From positions 480,001-544,000 of the forward strand of contig CAWAUV010000008.1 of NCBI GenBank assembly GCA_963785305.1: 64,000 nt of DNA. The letters run 5' to 3'. A model generated the notes under the pieces. The model was not told the DNA's origin and did no database searches. It saw only the letters and a program-made list of their open reading frames with translations. Both the position numbers and the translations under genes were made by a program. Origin of the DNA: an uncultured Planctomycetaceae bacterium (GTDB lineage: Bacteria; Planctomycetota; Planctomycetia; Pirellulales; PALSA-1355). This document shows positions 9,777-21,646 of the stretch, piece after piece. The stretch's first letter is position 1, and every line of letters starts with the position of its first letter.

Positions 9777-12754
9777 ATGCGACTTCGCGCACGCATCGGC
9801 ATGCTGGGTCTTGCGTTGTTTTTCGCGAGCGTCCCCCGAAGTTGGGGCGATGAACCATCGTCGACAGCGCCCCTGCCCACCAATCCAACGGCGAGGTCGC
9901 CCGCGGCTTCCGTCGGCGATTCGATCGCCTCGGCCGATTCCGTGAAAATCGCGGGTCGCAGTTTGCTCGTGTTCAAAGCGCCCGGTCGCTATGGCGGCTG
10001 GCCGGCGAATCATGGCATCTGGTCGTGGGGCGACGAAGTGGTGGTCGGCTTCACGTCGGCCGTGTTCAAGAGCTCGAAGACCGATCACTCGGTCGACCGG
10101 AGCAAGCCTTTTGCCAAGATGCAAGCGCGGAGCTTCGATGGCGGCGAAACTTGGACCATCGAACAACCCCTCAACGTGAATCCCGAGGCCGGCCCGCCAA
10201 GGACCAAGCCGCTTGCGGCGCCGCTCGACTTCACCGCGCCCGGCTTCGCGCTCATGTTCGACTTCGCCAACATGCATGTTGGGCCAACGTATTTTTATGT
10301 GTCGACCGACCGTTGCCAGAGCTGGCGGGGGCCCTATACATTTCAAGTCGAGGGCGTCGACAAAATCGCCGCTCGCACCGATTACCTTGTGCTCGGTCCG
10401 CGCGAGTGCCTCATGTTTGGCAGCGCCGCCAAGTCCAACGATCGCGAAGGCCAGTCGTTTTGCGCCAAACCACCGATGGCGGCCTCACTTGGCGACTGCT
10501 CGGAAAAATCGGCCCCGAGCCGGTCGGCTATGCGATCATGCCGTCGACCGTGAAGCTTTCGGGCGGCGACCTGCTCACGACGATCCGCCATTGGAAGCCC
10601 GACGGGCCGGCTTCGATCGATGTCTACCGCGGCGCTCCCGGCGGTCGCGACTGGCGATTCGTGGGCGAAGCGGCGCCGAACATCGGCGGCGGCAATCCGC
10701 CGGCGCTCGTCAAGCTCCACGATGGCCGGCTCGCGCTGAGCTATGGCTACCGCGCGAAGCCCTATGGGATGCGTGCCCGGCTCAGCGACGATGAAGGCCA
10801 AACCTGGGGGCCGGAGCTCGTGCTTCGCGACGACTCGCCAAGCGGCGACCTCGGGTATCCGCGATCGATCGAACGGCCCGATGGCCAAATCCTCACGGTC
10901 TATTATTACAACGGTCCCCGCGACGACGATCGCGCGATCGAAGCCACGCTCTGGCGCCCAACGCCGGCGAAAAACAGCGCGGCGAGCGGCGCCAAAATCT
11001 CGGCTCCGGCAGTGGCGACCGCCGCGCCGATCCCGGCCGGGGCAGTCACTCGAGTGAGATTTTTGCCGGCGCCCGATCGCGCCGCGCACATGTCCGGCGG
11101 TCGCTTCGAGGGCTCCAACGAATCGGCTCGGAGCGGCTATGTGACGCTCGCCGAAATCAAGACCGCGCCGCCGGAGAACACATGGTCGGAGATCGCGATC
11201 GACCATCCACGCTCCTATCGCTGGATTCGCTATCTGGCGCCGGCGGGCTCCCATGGCGACGTGGCCGAGCTCGCGTTTTTCGCGGGCGGCGCTCGGCTCA
11301 ATGCCCCGGGATTCGGCTCGCCGAGTTCGGCGCCTCCGGGCGGGAGTTGGAAGACCGGCGTCGATAACCGACCCGATACATGGCGCCATGCGAGCGAGCC
11401 CGACGCGCAGTTCATCGGCCTCGATCTGGGCGATCGCGCGTCGACGGCCCGAGTCGCCATGCTTCCAGGCCCGGGCGATTTCAGCGGCCCGCAAACCGTG
11501 ACCCTGAAATGCTCGACCCCCGGCGCCACGATCCGCTACACGCTCGATGGCGTGGCGCCCGGACCGGGCGATGGCCAAACATACACGGGCCCCATCATGC
11601 TCGACAAAACAGCGACGCTCTCGGCGACGGCCTTTAGCCCCGATCTGGCGCCGAGCCCGACCGGCTTCGGCACATATTTGATCGGCCCGCCGGTGTCGGT
11701 GCGCAATTCCTTTCACTTGGGAAATAGTCTCACCGGCAACGCGAGCAAGATGCCGCTCTATGCCCGCACCGCTGGCCGCATTCAGAATTACCAGCAATTT
11801 CTGATTGGCGGAGTGCTCACGGCGCGACTTTGGGAGGCCAAGGAAACATTCGACAAGCCGCGTTGGGACCAGACTTGGGCCACGGTAAAGACGCCGCTTG
11901 ATATCGTCACCGTGCAGCCGCGAGATTTCGACATCGATCGAGAAGCCGAACACGAGATCAAGTTCTTCGACCAGATTCGCGCCACCTCGCCCGAGGTTCA
12001 GCCTTGGCTCTATGCCGAATGGGTCGAGATGAACCGCGGGCGGCCGAGCGACAAGGGCCTTTCGCCCACCTGGCAAATGCGGCACACTCCCGCGGCGCTC
12101 ACTTGGCAGGAATCGATGTCGGCGATGCTGCTCTATGTGGAAGAAGTCCAGCATCGATTGATTCCGAAGTACCACGGCGCCAAGCGACCGCGAATCATTC
12201 CCGTGTCGCTCGCCATGGGCCAGATATGCACGCTGATCGAACACGGCGAACTGCCGGGCGTCGCGTCGTCGGAGGCGAGTTTTTATGAAACGCTGCTCGA
12301 GGATCAAGTGCATGTCAACGCGACCGGAAGTTATTTGGTCGATCTTGTGTGGCACGCCGCTTTTTATGGTGAATCGCCCGAGGGCAAAGTGCTGCCGGTG
12401 GGCACGCCGCTGAGCGCCGAGCAAGCGCGCGTGTTTCAGCGGCTGGCCTGGGATGTCGTGCGAAACTATCCCGACTGCGGAGTGTATGCCGAGGGAACCG
12501 ATCCGGTGGCGGCGCCCACGACGAGCGTCGCGGTCAAGCCGCTTTCGGCGCCGATTCAGCTTTCGCTCCTATCGGCCACTCCCGGAGCGTGGTTCCGTTA
12601 CACGCTCGACGGCACGCCTCCGACCCGAACCCGGGGCTATGTGTCGTGTGGCGTGGTGAGCGTGCAACCGGGCGAGACACTCAAGGCGATCGGCTACAAG
12701 AGCGGCATGGCCGATAGCCCGGTGCTCGAAGCCACCTTTCCCAAGGCCGAGTGA
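9777..12754 (+). CDS. Secreted multidomain protein: BNR/sialidase-like propeller, beta-sandwich, FN3-associated/chitobiase-like repeats and SGNH-like domain; frameshift near 10470
   Basis: Signal peptide. Asp-boxes SFDGGETW, STDRCQSW, TTDGGLTW, SDDEGQTW and DLGYP. Two RYTLDG modules. FHLGNSLT and DQVH. Confidence 0.75.
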
Positions 12755-12757
12755 GCG

Positions 12758-14067
12758 ATGGTCGGCATGGGCAAACGGGTTTATCTTCTGGCGACGCTCG
12801 ACACCAAGGGCCTGGAGGCGGCGCTCGTGGCGGGCCGGCTGCGCGAATTGGGCGTCGCGGTGTGTGTCGTCGACACCGGCTGCTTGGGCTCGCCTCGCGC
12901 GGCGGCCGATGTTTCGCGCAAAGCGCTCTTTCAGGCGGCGGGACTTTCGCTCGCCGAGCACATCGAGCGCGGCGATCGCGGCGCCGCCGTCATGGCCGCC
13001 GCTCGCGGGGCCGAAGCGCTCCTGAAAAGCCGCCACGCGCAAGGCGACGTGGCCGGGGTGCTCGCCATCGGCGGTTCGGCCGGCGCCACGATCGGCGCTG
13101 CCGCGATGCGAGCCCTACCGATCGGCGTGCCCAAGCTCATCGTCAGCACCCAAGCGGCCGGCAATGTGCGCGGATATGTCGGCTTCAAGGACATCTCGAT
13201 GATGAACCCGGTGGTCGACATCGCCGGCGTGAATCGCATCAGCCGCGTCGTGCTGGGCGAAGCGGCGGCGGCCATGGCCGGCATGGCGCTCTTCGCCGCG
13301 CCGAACAGCCCGCCCAAGACAAGCCGGTGATCGCCGCGACCATGTTCGGCGTGACCACGCCGTGCGTCGACCATGCCCGGCGGGCGCTCGAAGCGGCCGG
13401 CTATGAAGTGCTGGTCTTTCATGCAACCGGCAGCGGCGGGGCGGCAATGGAGTCGCTCATTCGCGAGGGGCTCGTGGCCGGAGTGCTCGATATCACCACC
13501 ACCGAAATCGCCGACGAGCTCGTCGGCGGAGTGCTCTCGGCCGGCCCCGATCGGCTCACCGCGGCCGGCGATGTCGGCATTCCGCAAGTGGTGTCGGTGG
13601 GAGCGACCGACATGGTCAATTTTCTGGGATTCGACACCGTGCCCCCCGCGTTCCGTGGTCGCGCGTTCTACAAGCACAATGCCAATGTCACCCTGATGCG
13701 CACCACCGAGGGAGAGAATTCGCGGATCGGCGCCGATATCGGCCGCAAGCTCGCCGCGGCCAAGGGGCCGGTGAGCGTGTTGCTACCGGCGCGAGGCGTG
13801 TCGGCGATCGACATCGCCGGCGAACCGTTCGACGATCCTCGGGCGCGGCGAGCGCTATTCGCGGCGATTCGGGAACATTGCGACCCGTCGAATTGCGACC
13901 CGTCGAATTGCGATCCGTCGAATTGCGATCCGGCGGCTCTTGGCCCATCGACTCATTCCTCAGTCGAGATCATCGAGCTTGATCGGCATATCAACGATCC
14001 GGAGTTCGCCGCCGCGGCCGCGGATCGGTTGTTGACCCTCCTCAAACACACGAAAGCATTGCAATGA
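12758..14067 (+). CDS. UPF0261 / Tm-1-like ATP-binding domain protein; frameshift near 13310
   Basis: LATLDTKG, LPIGVPKLIVST, VDIAGVN, TMFGVTTPCV, FHATGSGG, DITTTE, HINDPEFA. Confidence 0.92.
13877..13932 (+). repeat. In-frame 15-bp tandem repeat (attgcgaYccgtcga, ~3.7 copies) encoding CDPSN repeats
   Basis: Directly visible. Protein reads CDPSNCDPSNCDPSNCDP. Confidence 0.95.
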
Positions 14068-15882
14068 CCATTGGCTTAGCTCGCCTCGCGCGAAACGGTA
14101 ATATGCTCATTTGCCTGTTGCTGCTGGCGGCCTTCGCGGCGCTGGGCGAAGCTCGAGCGCAAATTCAATCGCCGGAGAAAAACAATCCCATCGGCGCGCC
14201 GTGGCCCGCCATCGATGGCCTAGGCCGCTCGCTGCCGGCCGCCGAGCGCAACGCTTCGCCTCGCGCCGATCGCGCCGTTGGCATGTTCTATTTTCTCTGG
14301 CATGGCCAACATCCCTATGGCTCGCCGGGTCCTGAAACGCCTCGCGATATTTCGCGCATAATGGCCGCCGACCCCGACGCGCTGCAAAAGCCCAATTCGC
14401 CGCTCTGGGGCGCGCCGGGCGTGCCGCATTATTGGGCCCAGCCGCTTTATGGCTATTATCGGAGCGACGACCCTTGGGTGCTGCGGCGCCATGCCTATCT
14501 CCTGGCCGACGCCGGCATCGACATGCTGCTCTTCGACACGACCAACGCCGTGACCTATCGCGATGTGTTTTTGGAACTTTGCAAAGTGTTCGCCGAGCTG
14601 CGCACCGCGGGCGAAGCGACCCCGAAATTCGCGTTTATGGTCAACACCCAAGCCGGCGAAACGGCCGAACGCATCTATCGCGACCTTTATGAGCCCGGCA
14701 AATATCGCGAGTTGTGGTTTTCGTGGCAAGGCAAGCCGCTCTTGATCTGCGATCCGGCGGCGGCGAGCCCGCGGCTGCGGGAGTTCTTCACTCTACGCAA
14801 AGCGCACTGGCCTTTTACCATGGTCAACACCGAGCGGGCTTGGCACTGGGAAGCCACCTATCCCCAACCCTTCGGCTACGACACCGACGCCGCCCGGCCC
14901 GAGCAAGTGAGCGTGTCGGTGGCGCAGAATCTGCCGCGCCGCCGATGGCCTCGTGACCAACATGAGCCGGCTCGATGCTCGCGGGCGAAGCTTTCACGAG
15001 GGCCGCGAGGATGCGCAAAAGGGCGCGGTTAATCACGGCTATAATTTCGAGGAGCAATGGCGGCGAGCCCACGAGCTGGCCCCGCCCTTCGTGCTCGTGA
15101 CCGGCTGGAACGAATGGATCGCCGGTCGATTCGCCGAGGCCGATGGTCGGTTGGCCTTCGTCGATCAGTTCGATGAGGAATTCAGCCGCGACATCGAGCC
15201 GATGCAAGGCGGACACGCCGACAATTACTACTATCAACTCGTCGCCAATGTGCGCAAGCACAAAGGCTCGCCGCCGCTGCCTCGGGCCTCGGCCCCGGCG
15301 ACGATCGACATCGCCGGGAGCTTCGAGCCCTCGCGCGATGTGCGACCCGAGTTCGTGGACCATCGCGCGGAAACGCTCCCGCGAGATCACGATGGCGTCG
15401 GCGGCCGGCACTATGAAAACCGTTCGGGCCGCAATGACTTGGCGCTCATGAAAGTCGCCCGCGATGAGAATTCGGTCTATTTTTATGCCCGCGCGCGCGA
15501 GCCGCTTTGCCCGCCCGACGACCGCTGGATGTGGCTCCTGATCGACACGGATCAAAACCGCGCCACCGGCTGGCAGGGCTACGATCTTCGCATCCGGCGC
15601 GACCCAGCCTCGGGCCGAGGCGTGATCGAGCGCTGCGTCGGCGGCGTCTGGGAATGGGCCCGCGAGGCCGAGGCGTCGTTGCGATTCGAAGGCGCCGAGC
15701 TGCATTTGGCGATTCCGCGATCACTGTTCGCGGCCGGAGCCAAGGCCGGGAAGCAGCCATCGCCGCTGTCGTTCGATTTCAAATGGGTCGACAGCCCGCA
15801 AGAGCCGGGAAATGTGCTCGACTTTTACCTCAGCGGCGACACAGCGCCCGAAGGCCGCTTCAACTACCGCTTCAGCGAGTAG
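14064..15882 (+). CDS. Secreted putative glycoside hydrolase (GH99/GH71-like TIM barrel plus C-terminal beta domain); frameshift near 14935
   Basis: Signal peptide, VGMFYFLWHG, GYYRSDDPWVLRRHA...DAGIDMLLFDTTN, VTGWNEW, SRDIEP. ATGA overlap with the upstream gene. Confidence 0.7.
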
Positions 15883-15982
15883 CGGTCGCACGAGCGTGGA
15901 TCACGCGCCGCCATTTGACACCCGCTGGGTTTGGCTCTTACAATGCCCTGCTTTCTACCCGGTCCGGTAGGCGCCAAGATCA

Positions 15983-17045
15983 ATGGGCAAAGCCACTTAC
16001 AAAGACGCTGGGGTCGACCTGGCTCTCTATGCCGAGAGCATGGCCCGGCTGCCGCGGTTGCTCCATCGCACCTTCAGCCCGCGAGTGCGCCGGCTCGATG
16101 GCGGCTTTGCCGGCCTCTTTCAACTCGACTTTGCCGGCAGCCTATTTGCCCGCAACTATCAGCGGCCCGTGCTCGTGGCCTCGACCGATGGCGTGGGCAC
16201 CAAGCTGAAAGTGGCCCAATTGGTGGGCGACCATGGCACGGTGGGCATCGACCTCGTGGCGATGAGTGTCAACGACACGATCTGCTGCGGCGCCGAACCG
16301 CTCCTATTTCTCGACTATGTGGCCATGTCGCACGACGACCCCGCCCTGCTCGAGCGAATCGTGTCGGGCGTGTCCGATGGCTGCGTCGACGCCGATTGCG
16401 CCCTGCTCGGCGGCGAAACCGCCATCATGCCCGACCTCTATGCCCGCGGCGACTACGACCTCGCCGGCTTCTGCGTGGGCGTGGTCGAGAGCAGCCGCGT
16501 GATCGATGGCAAGGCGATCACGCCCGGCGATGTAGTATTGGGCGTGGCTTCGAGCGGCTTGCATTCCAACGGCTACAGCCTGGCCCGCAAGATCGTCTTC
16601 GACATCGTCGGCTTGGCGGTCGACGCGCATGTCGAAGAGCTCGGCGCGACCGTGGGCCGCGCAGTTGCTCGAGCCGACGCGGATTTATGCTCGACCGGTG
16701 CGACGCGTGCTGAATAAATATAAAGTCAAACATGTCGTGCATGGCATTGCCCATATCACGGGCGGCGGGTTGCATGAGAACCTGTCGCGCATCCTGCCCG
16801 AGGGAGTGCGAGTGACGATCGATCGCGGCAGTTGGGCGGCGGGGCCGGTCTTTGGCTGGCTTCAGCGGCTGGGCGAAGTCGACGACGACGAAATGTATCG
16901 CGTCTTCAACATGGGCATTGGGCTCGTGCTCGTGGTGGCGCCGTTTTACGCGGAAAGCATCCGTCATCAATTGGCCGACTGTGGCCTCGAAACATGGACC
17001 ATCGGTCGCGCGATCGCGGGACCGCGCGCGGTCGCGTGGTCATAA
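15983..17045 (+). CDS. purM: Phosphoribosylformylglycinamidine cyclo-ligase; frameshift near 16660
   Basis: [62 protein letters not shown]. Confidence 0.96.
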
Positions 17046-17096
17046 CCCGCGGCGTCGGGGGTCCCTAAGGGCGCTCGCGAGCGTGAATTTCACCCC

Positions 17097-18122
17097 ATGA
17101 ATATTCTCACGATCGAATCCACGTGTGATGAAACCGCCGCGGCCGTGGTCACTGGCGAGCTCGAGATTCGTTCGAGCGTGGTCGCCACTCAGGAGCCGCT
17201 CCATGAGCGGTTTGGCGGGGTGGTTCCGGAAATCGCCTCGCGGGCCCATCTCGAGCGCATCTTGCCGGTGATCGACGAAGCGCTCCGCCGCGCCAAGGTT
17301 TCTCTCCGCGAGATCGACGCCGTGGCCGTGGCCAACATGCCGGGCTTGGCGGGTTCGCTGCTCGTGGGACTCGTGGCCGCCAAGACCCTGGCCCTGGCCC
17401 TTGGCAAGCCGCTCGTGGCCGTGAATCATTTGCATGCGCATGTGTATGCTTGCCGGCTGGCGGCCGGGCGCGATGTGTTTCCCTGCCTGGGACTGATCGT
17501 GAGCGGCGGGCACACGAGTCTCTACCGTTGCCGCACGCCGGTCGAATTCGAGCTGCTCGGGGGCACCATCGACGACGCCGCCGGCGAGGCATTCGATAAA
17601 GTGGCCAGTCTGCTCGGCCTGCCCTTTCCCGGCGGACCGGCGATCGAGCGCGCCGCGCGCTCCGGCAATCCGGAGGCCCATGCCTTTCCGCGACCATTTC
17701 TCAAAGAGCCCGAGCGGCTCGAATTTAGCTTTAGCGGGCTCAAGACGGCGGTCCGCTATGCGATTGCCCGGCCGGGCGAGCCAACGCCGAAGTCGCTCGC
17801 GCCGGAAGTGGTGGCGAACCTGGCGGCCAGTTTTCAGGCGGCGGTGATCGATTGCCTGGTGGGCAAGGCCCTGGCGGCGCTGCGGCAACACCGGCTGGAA
17901 GTGCTTTGCGTGGGCGGGGGAGTGGCGGCCAACGGGGCGTTTCGCGCACGGCTCGCGCGGGAATGCGAAGCGCGCGACATCGAACTGCATGTGCCGCCGC
18001 TGTCGCTCTGCACCGACAACGCCGCGATGGGCGCGATCGCGGTCGAGCGCCTGAAGCGAGGACTGATCGAATCACTGGAGCTCGACATCTCGCCCGGCCT
18101 CGTGCGGCCCAATCGAAGTTGA
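17097..18122 (+). CDS. tsaD: tRNA N6-threonylcarbamoyladenosine transferase
   Basis: IESTCDETAAA, GGVVPEIASRAH, NHLHAH, VSGGHT, DDAAGEAFDK, FSFSGLKTA, CTDNAAM. Confidence 0.97.
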   Translation: MNILTIESTCDETAAAVVTGELEIRSSVVATQEPLHERFGGVVPEIASRAHLERILPVIDEALRRAKVSLREIDAVAVANMPGLAGSLLVGLVAAKTLALALGKPLVAVNHLHAHVYACRLAAGRDVFPCLGLIVSGGHTSLYRCRTPVEFELLGGTIDDAAGEAFDKVASLLGLPFPGGPAIERAARSGNPEAHAFPRPFLKEPERLEFSFSGLKTAVRYAIARPGEPTPKSLAPEVVANLAASFQAAVIDCLVGKALAALRQHRLEVLCVGGGVAANGAFRARLARECEARDIELHVPPLSLCTDNAAMGAIAVERLKRGLIESLELDISPGLVRPNRS

Positions 18123-18153
18123 ACGGCGCGAATTCCGAAGATTGCGACCCGAT

Positions 18154-18420
18154 ACAAGCCTGAAGCGCCAGCGAAGGATTTCTTCGCTAGCGCTTTGTCA
18201 CGGCTGCAATGATGGATTGGATTCGTTCCGTGTGCGATGCCCACGGCCTTGAGTGGGCATGAGGACTTCGCGTGGCGCTTGAAAACAGGCCCACTCAAGG
18301 CAGTGGGCATGGCACACGCGCGAACCGAATTATCCATCATTTCAGCCGTGAACGAGCACGAGCGATTCAGGCTTATCGGGGGCTTCGAGAATACATTCTT
18401 CGCTAGCGCTTCAGGCTTGT
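18154..18420. repeat. REP-like cluster interrupted by a short family-B MITE (18191..18358)
   Basis: acaagcctgaagcgccagcgaag...cttcgCTAG[cgctttgtcacggctg...cagccgtgaacgagca]CGAGcgattcaggctt, plus a further cttcgctagcgcttcaggcttgt copy. Confidence 0.8.
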
Positions 18421-18484
18421 GTTGGGGGCTTCGGCGAGCGGGCAGCGGAATGGGACCACGGGACTCTTCTCGTCGCTCCCCGGT

Positions 18485-19429
18485 TCAGCCGAGGCCGAGG
18501 CACTCGTCCATGCGGCGCGAAATATCGCGGAGCTTGTCGGCGCCGCCGCCGCCCACCTCGGCCGTGGCCCAGCCCTCGTAGCCGATCTCGGCCAGGGCCT
18601 TGCGCACATCGGGCCAGTTTTCATCGCCTTCGCCGATTGCCACCCAACCGTTCTTGTTGCTGTAGCCCTTGAAGTCGAACTTGAGCATTCGCTTGCCCAG
18701 GGCTCGAATCCAATCGGCGGGCGGCGCCCCGTATTTGATCATGTTGCTCACATCGAAATACGCGCCCACGATCGGGTCGTGGAATTCATCGACATATTGA
18801 ACAAGCTGTTCGGGCTTGGTGATGAAGTTGTTCCAGACCACTTCGATCGCGATCTTCACGCCCAACTCGTGGGCCTCGGGAATCGCCTTGCGAATCTCGG
18901 CCTGACTGCGCGACCAGACCTGCTCATAGTTTTCGGTTTCGGGATTCGTCACTTTGCCGGGCACCAGGAGCACGGTGGTAGCGCCATAGGTCTTCGCGTC
19001 GCGCAGGGCGCCGCGCAAGGCTTCGAGCCCTTTTTCGCGCGCCGCCGGATCGGGATCGGAGAGCCGTGTTTGCCAATGGATCGAATCGACGACGCCATGA
19101 ATATCGATGCCGGTCTTGTCGCGGGCCGAGACCGCTTCCTCCAAATTCACATTGCTGGGGCTGTCCATCTCCACGCCCTGAAAGCCGAGCGACTTGATCA
19201 GGGCGAACTTCTCCTCGATCGTTTTCCCCTGCCCGATCATGCCGAACTTCACCGCCTTTTTCAGCTTCAGGCGCGGCCCGTCGCCACCCGCGGGCTGAGT
19301 CGTCGCGGGCCTTGGCGCGGTATCGTCGGCCAAGACATCTCGGGCGAGAGTCCCGGCGGCCAACGAGCCGGCGGCGACAGAGCCGCAAAGTGTTTTCAGA
19401 AAATCGCGACGTTTCGAGAGGTCGGTCAT
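18485..19429 (-). CDS. Tat-exported sugar phosphate isomerase/epimerase (xylose isomerase-like TIM barrel)
   Basis: SKRRDFLK Tat motif, GFQGVE, KIAIEVVWNNF, YFDVSN, GYEGWATAEV. Confidence 0.9.
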   Translation of the reverse strand: MTDLSKRRDFLKTLCGSVAAGSLAAGTLARDVLADDTAPRPATTQPAGGDGPRLKLKKAVKFGMIGQGKTIEEKFALIKSLGFQGVEMDSPSNVNLEEAVSARDKTGIDIHGVVDSIHWQTRLSDPDPAAREKGLEALRGALRDAKTYGATTVLLVPGKVTNPETENYEQVWSRSQAEIRKAIPEAHELGVKIAIEVVWNNFITKPEQLVQYVDEFHDPIVGAYFDVSNMIKYGAPPADWIRALGKRMLKFDFKGYSNKNGWVAIGEGDENWPDVRKALAEIGYEGWATAEVGGGGADKLRDISRRMDECLGLG

Positions 19430-19840
19430 GGCAAGGGGGTTCCTGGAGAGGTTCGCCTCGATATGCGATCGCATATTTCCAACGTGTCCAAGCTACTGGG
19501 GCCGAATCGCAAATGCAATCATTTCCCCAGATTTTGGAATCGATCACCGACGTTGGCGGGCGCGGTCCTCATGCAATCTGGTCCGGCGTTCGATCGCACG
19601 GCGCCTCCCCGCGTATCCACGCGTGGTCAACTGACGAACGCACCAAGTAACTTGCTACAATTCGAGTTGATCGGCTCGTTCGTTAGGGGAAACGGCGCGG
19701 CGTCAGTCAACTACCGGCGCGAATCAAGGACAGGCAGTGGAACGCTTCGCGAGAATCGTGCTTGGCTATCACGGAGCCAAAACCGGCGACGCCGCGACCT
19801 ATGCAAGGAGTCTTCTCGTGGGTGATGTCGGGATCGAAGA

Positions 19841-20330
19841 ATGGAAACCGAGCGAAACAAGCTGAACACGACAAACTTTTGGCTCGATCGCGCGAAAGAG
19901 CGTCTCAAAGAACAATTGCCCGGTGTCTTATTCGAGCGGCTACAGGCTCAGGCGGTAATCAACGAACGAGGTGAAGTGAACGTAATGCTTCATCAGTGGG
20001 ATGCCTTCCTCGCCATCGTCGAATTGAATCGGGCAACTGACAGCACTCGGATTCATGCCTTTCGTTGCCTAAGGCCCGAATTCGGCCTGCCAGGCAACGC
20101 GTTGATCGACGTCACGCGAGATTCGATGGTGGCCCACCTTAGGGATGGAAAAAAATCATTACGGCCCGCCGAGACGCAAGGTTGGGTATCTGGAGGGAAG
20201 GATGCCTTGTTCGTCTTTCGGACAACGGATACATCCAATGCGGATCGGGTGATGATCTCAATGACGATGTTGGATCTCTTCCAGAGTTCGGGCATAACGA
20301 TTCAATTCAATAATCGCAACCGACGACATG
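19841..20330 (+). CDS. Hypothetical protein, boundaries uncertain (ORF 19841..20524 runs into the convergent gene)
   Basis: Open frame in a visibly more AT-rich patch, globular-looking sequence, no recognised motif. Confidence 0.35.
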
Positions 20331-20359
20331 CATGCCGCTCGGCGGCGGCAACGCTCTTG

Positions 20360-21604
20360 CTATTCCATCGGCTCGATCAGCGAGGGGGCCACATCCGGCG
20401 GCTCCGCTCCGTCGGCTGGTGGGCGCCACTCGCAATCGAGCAGCGCGACGAGTCCCTCGCAAACTTCCGGCGCTCGACGCGAGACTTCGTTTACTTCCCA
20501 CCGATCGCTCGGCTTGGCGAATAATTCCCACTGTGGCGATGGCCCCGCGGCCGCTTGCGCAAGAACCAGGCCGGAGTGCGAATCGCGCGCTCGCCCTCGA
20601 CGCCCGAGATCGTGGCCCAGCGGCGCTCGCTCGCGACTTCTTCTCGCACGAGCGGCAGCAAATCGCGTGCTCGCCCGGAGCGCCGCGGGGCTATCGGCTT
20701 ATCAAGCGCGGGAGTCCACCACGCCGCGAGCGTCGCGGGCAGATCGTCATGCGCCACGATCGCGCCGCCGCGGCCGAGCGAGCCCGCGCCATCGGGCAGG
20801 CGCAGAAACCAGGGTATCGATACCAGTTCGCCATAAAGCGGCGCGTTTTCTCCACCGACGCGGCCATGTTCCCCCAGGGGAAAACCACGGCTCGAGAGCA
20901 GCGTGAAGAGCGTCGAGCCGTGATGCGGCGACTCGGCCAGTGACTCGCGCAATAGGCCAAGGCACGCATCCAGCGCCGCGATCTGTCCGCAATAGGCTTG
21001 GGTGACGCCGAGAAGTTCATCGGGGTCGTAGCCCTTGGCGAGCGTCAGGTCGGGCGGGGCGATGAACCGCGGCGGCGGCGGGTCTTCTTCGTCGGCCATG
21101 CTGGCGCGAAGTTCATAGGGCGCATCCCAACCGGCCGCCATGCCTTGGGCATGCACCCACAACAAAAACGGCGCTCGAGCCGATTCGATCCATTCGGCCG
21201 CCGCAGCGAACACGCGCGCCATGGCCACGTCGGCCACATCGAGCGCCGCGCCGCGCGGCTCGAAGCTTTCAAGAAGCACTCGCTGGCCAAACCGCTCGGC
21301 GAGCGAGTGCTTCGCCACGCGCGGCTCATCGGTCACCAGACACGATTCGACGCCACGCTCCGCGACCAGCGCCGCCAGCGACATCGGCGCCGCGTTCCCG
21401 GCGGAACCGCTGGGTCGCACGCTCCACACGCGCATCATAACCCTTCTCAAGCCGCGAATCGGCCACCAAGGCGGTGTCGAACACAAACGACTCGGCCGCC
21501 AGCGCGTCGAACTCCGGAGTCGACACGACCGTGGCGCCATAGGGCCCAAGAAAACCCTGGTTCAGGCGATCGACCACGACAACAACGGCGCTCGGTGGGG
21601 GCAT
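20360..21604 (-). CDS. Sulfatase-like hydrolase/transferase (alkaline phosphatase superfamily); frameshifts near 21420 and 20550
   Basis: VVVVVDRL...GPYG...TPEFDALA, PFLLWVH, WDAP, SSRGFPLGEHG, DLPATL, ELFAKPSDRWEVNEV, stop at 20360-20362. Confidence 0.75.
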
Positions 21605-21646
21605 CGCCGCATTGTAACCGCGACCGCCCAATACTGGCGAGCGCTG

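Noticed and set aside
10382..12424. Long antisense ORFs (also 25844..27298, 36239..38146, 37978..39657, 48282..50048)
   Set aside because: Shadow frames of real high-GC genes on the opposite strand, with no motifs of their own.
15983..17045. purM (and valS etc.) as pseudogenes or programmed frameshifts
   Set aside because: Conserved sequence on both sides of the shift, no slippery motif, and the pattern is window-wide, so sequencing error is more likely.
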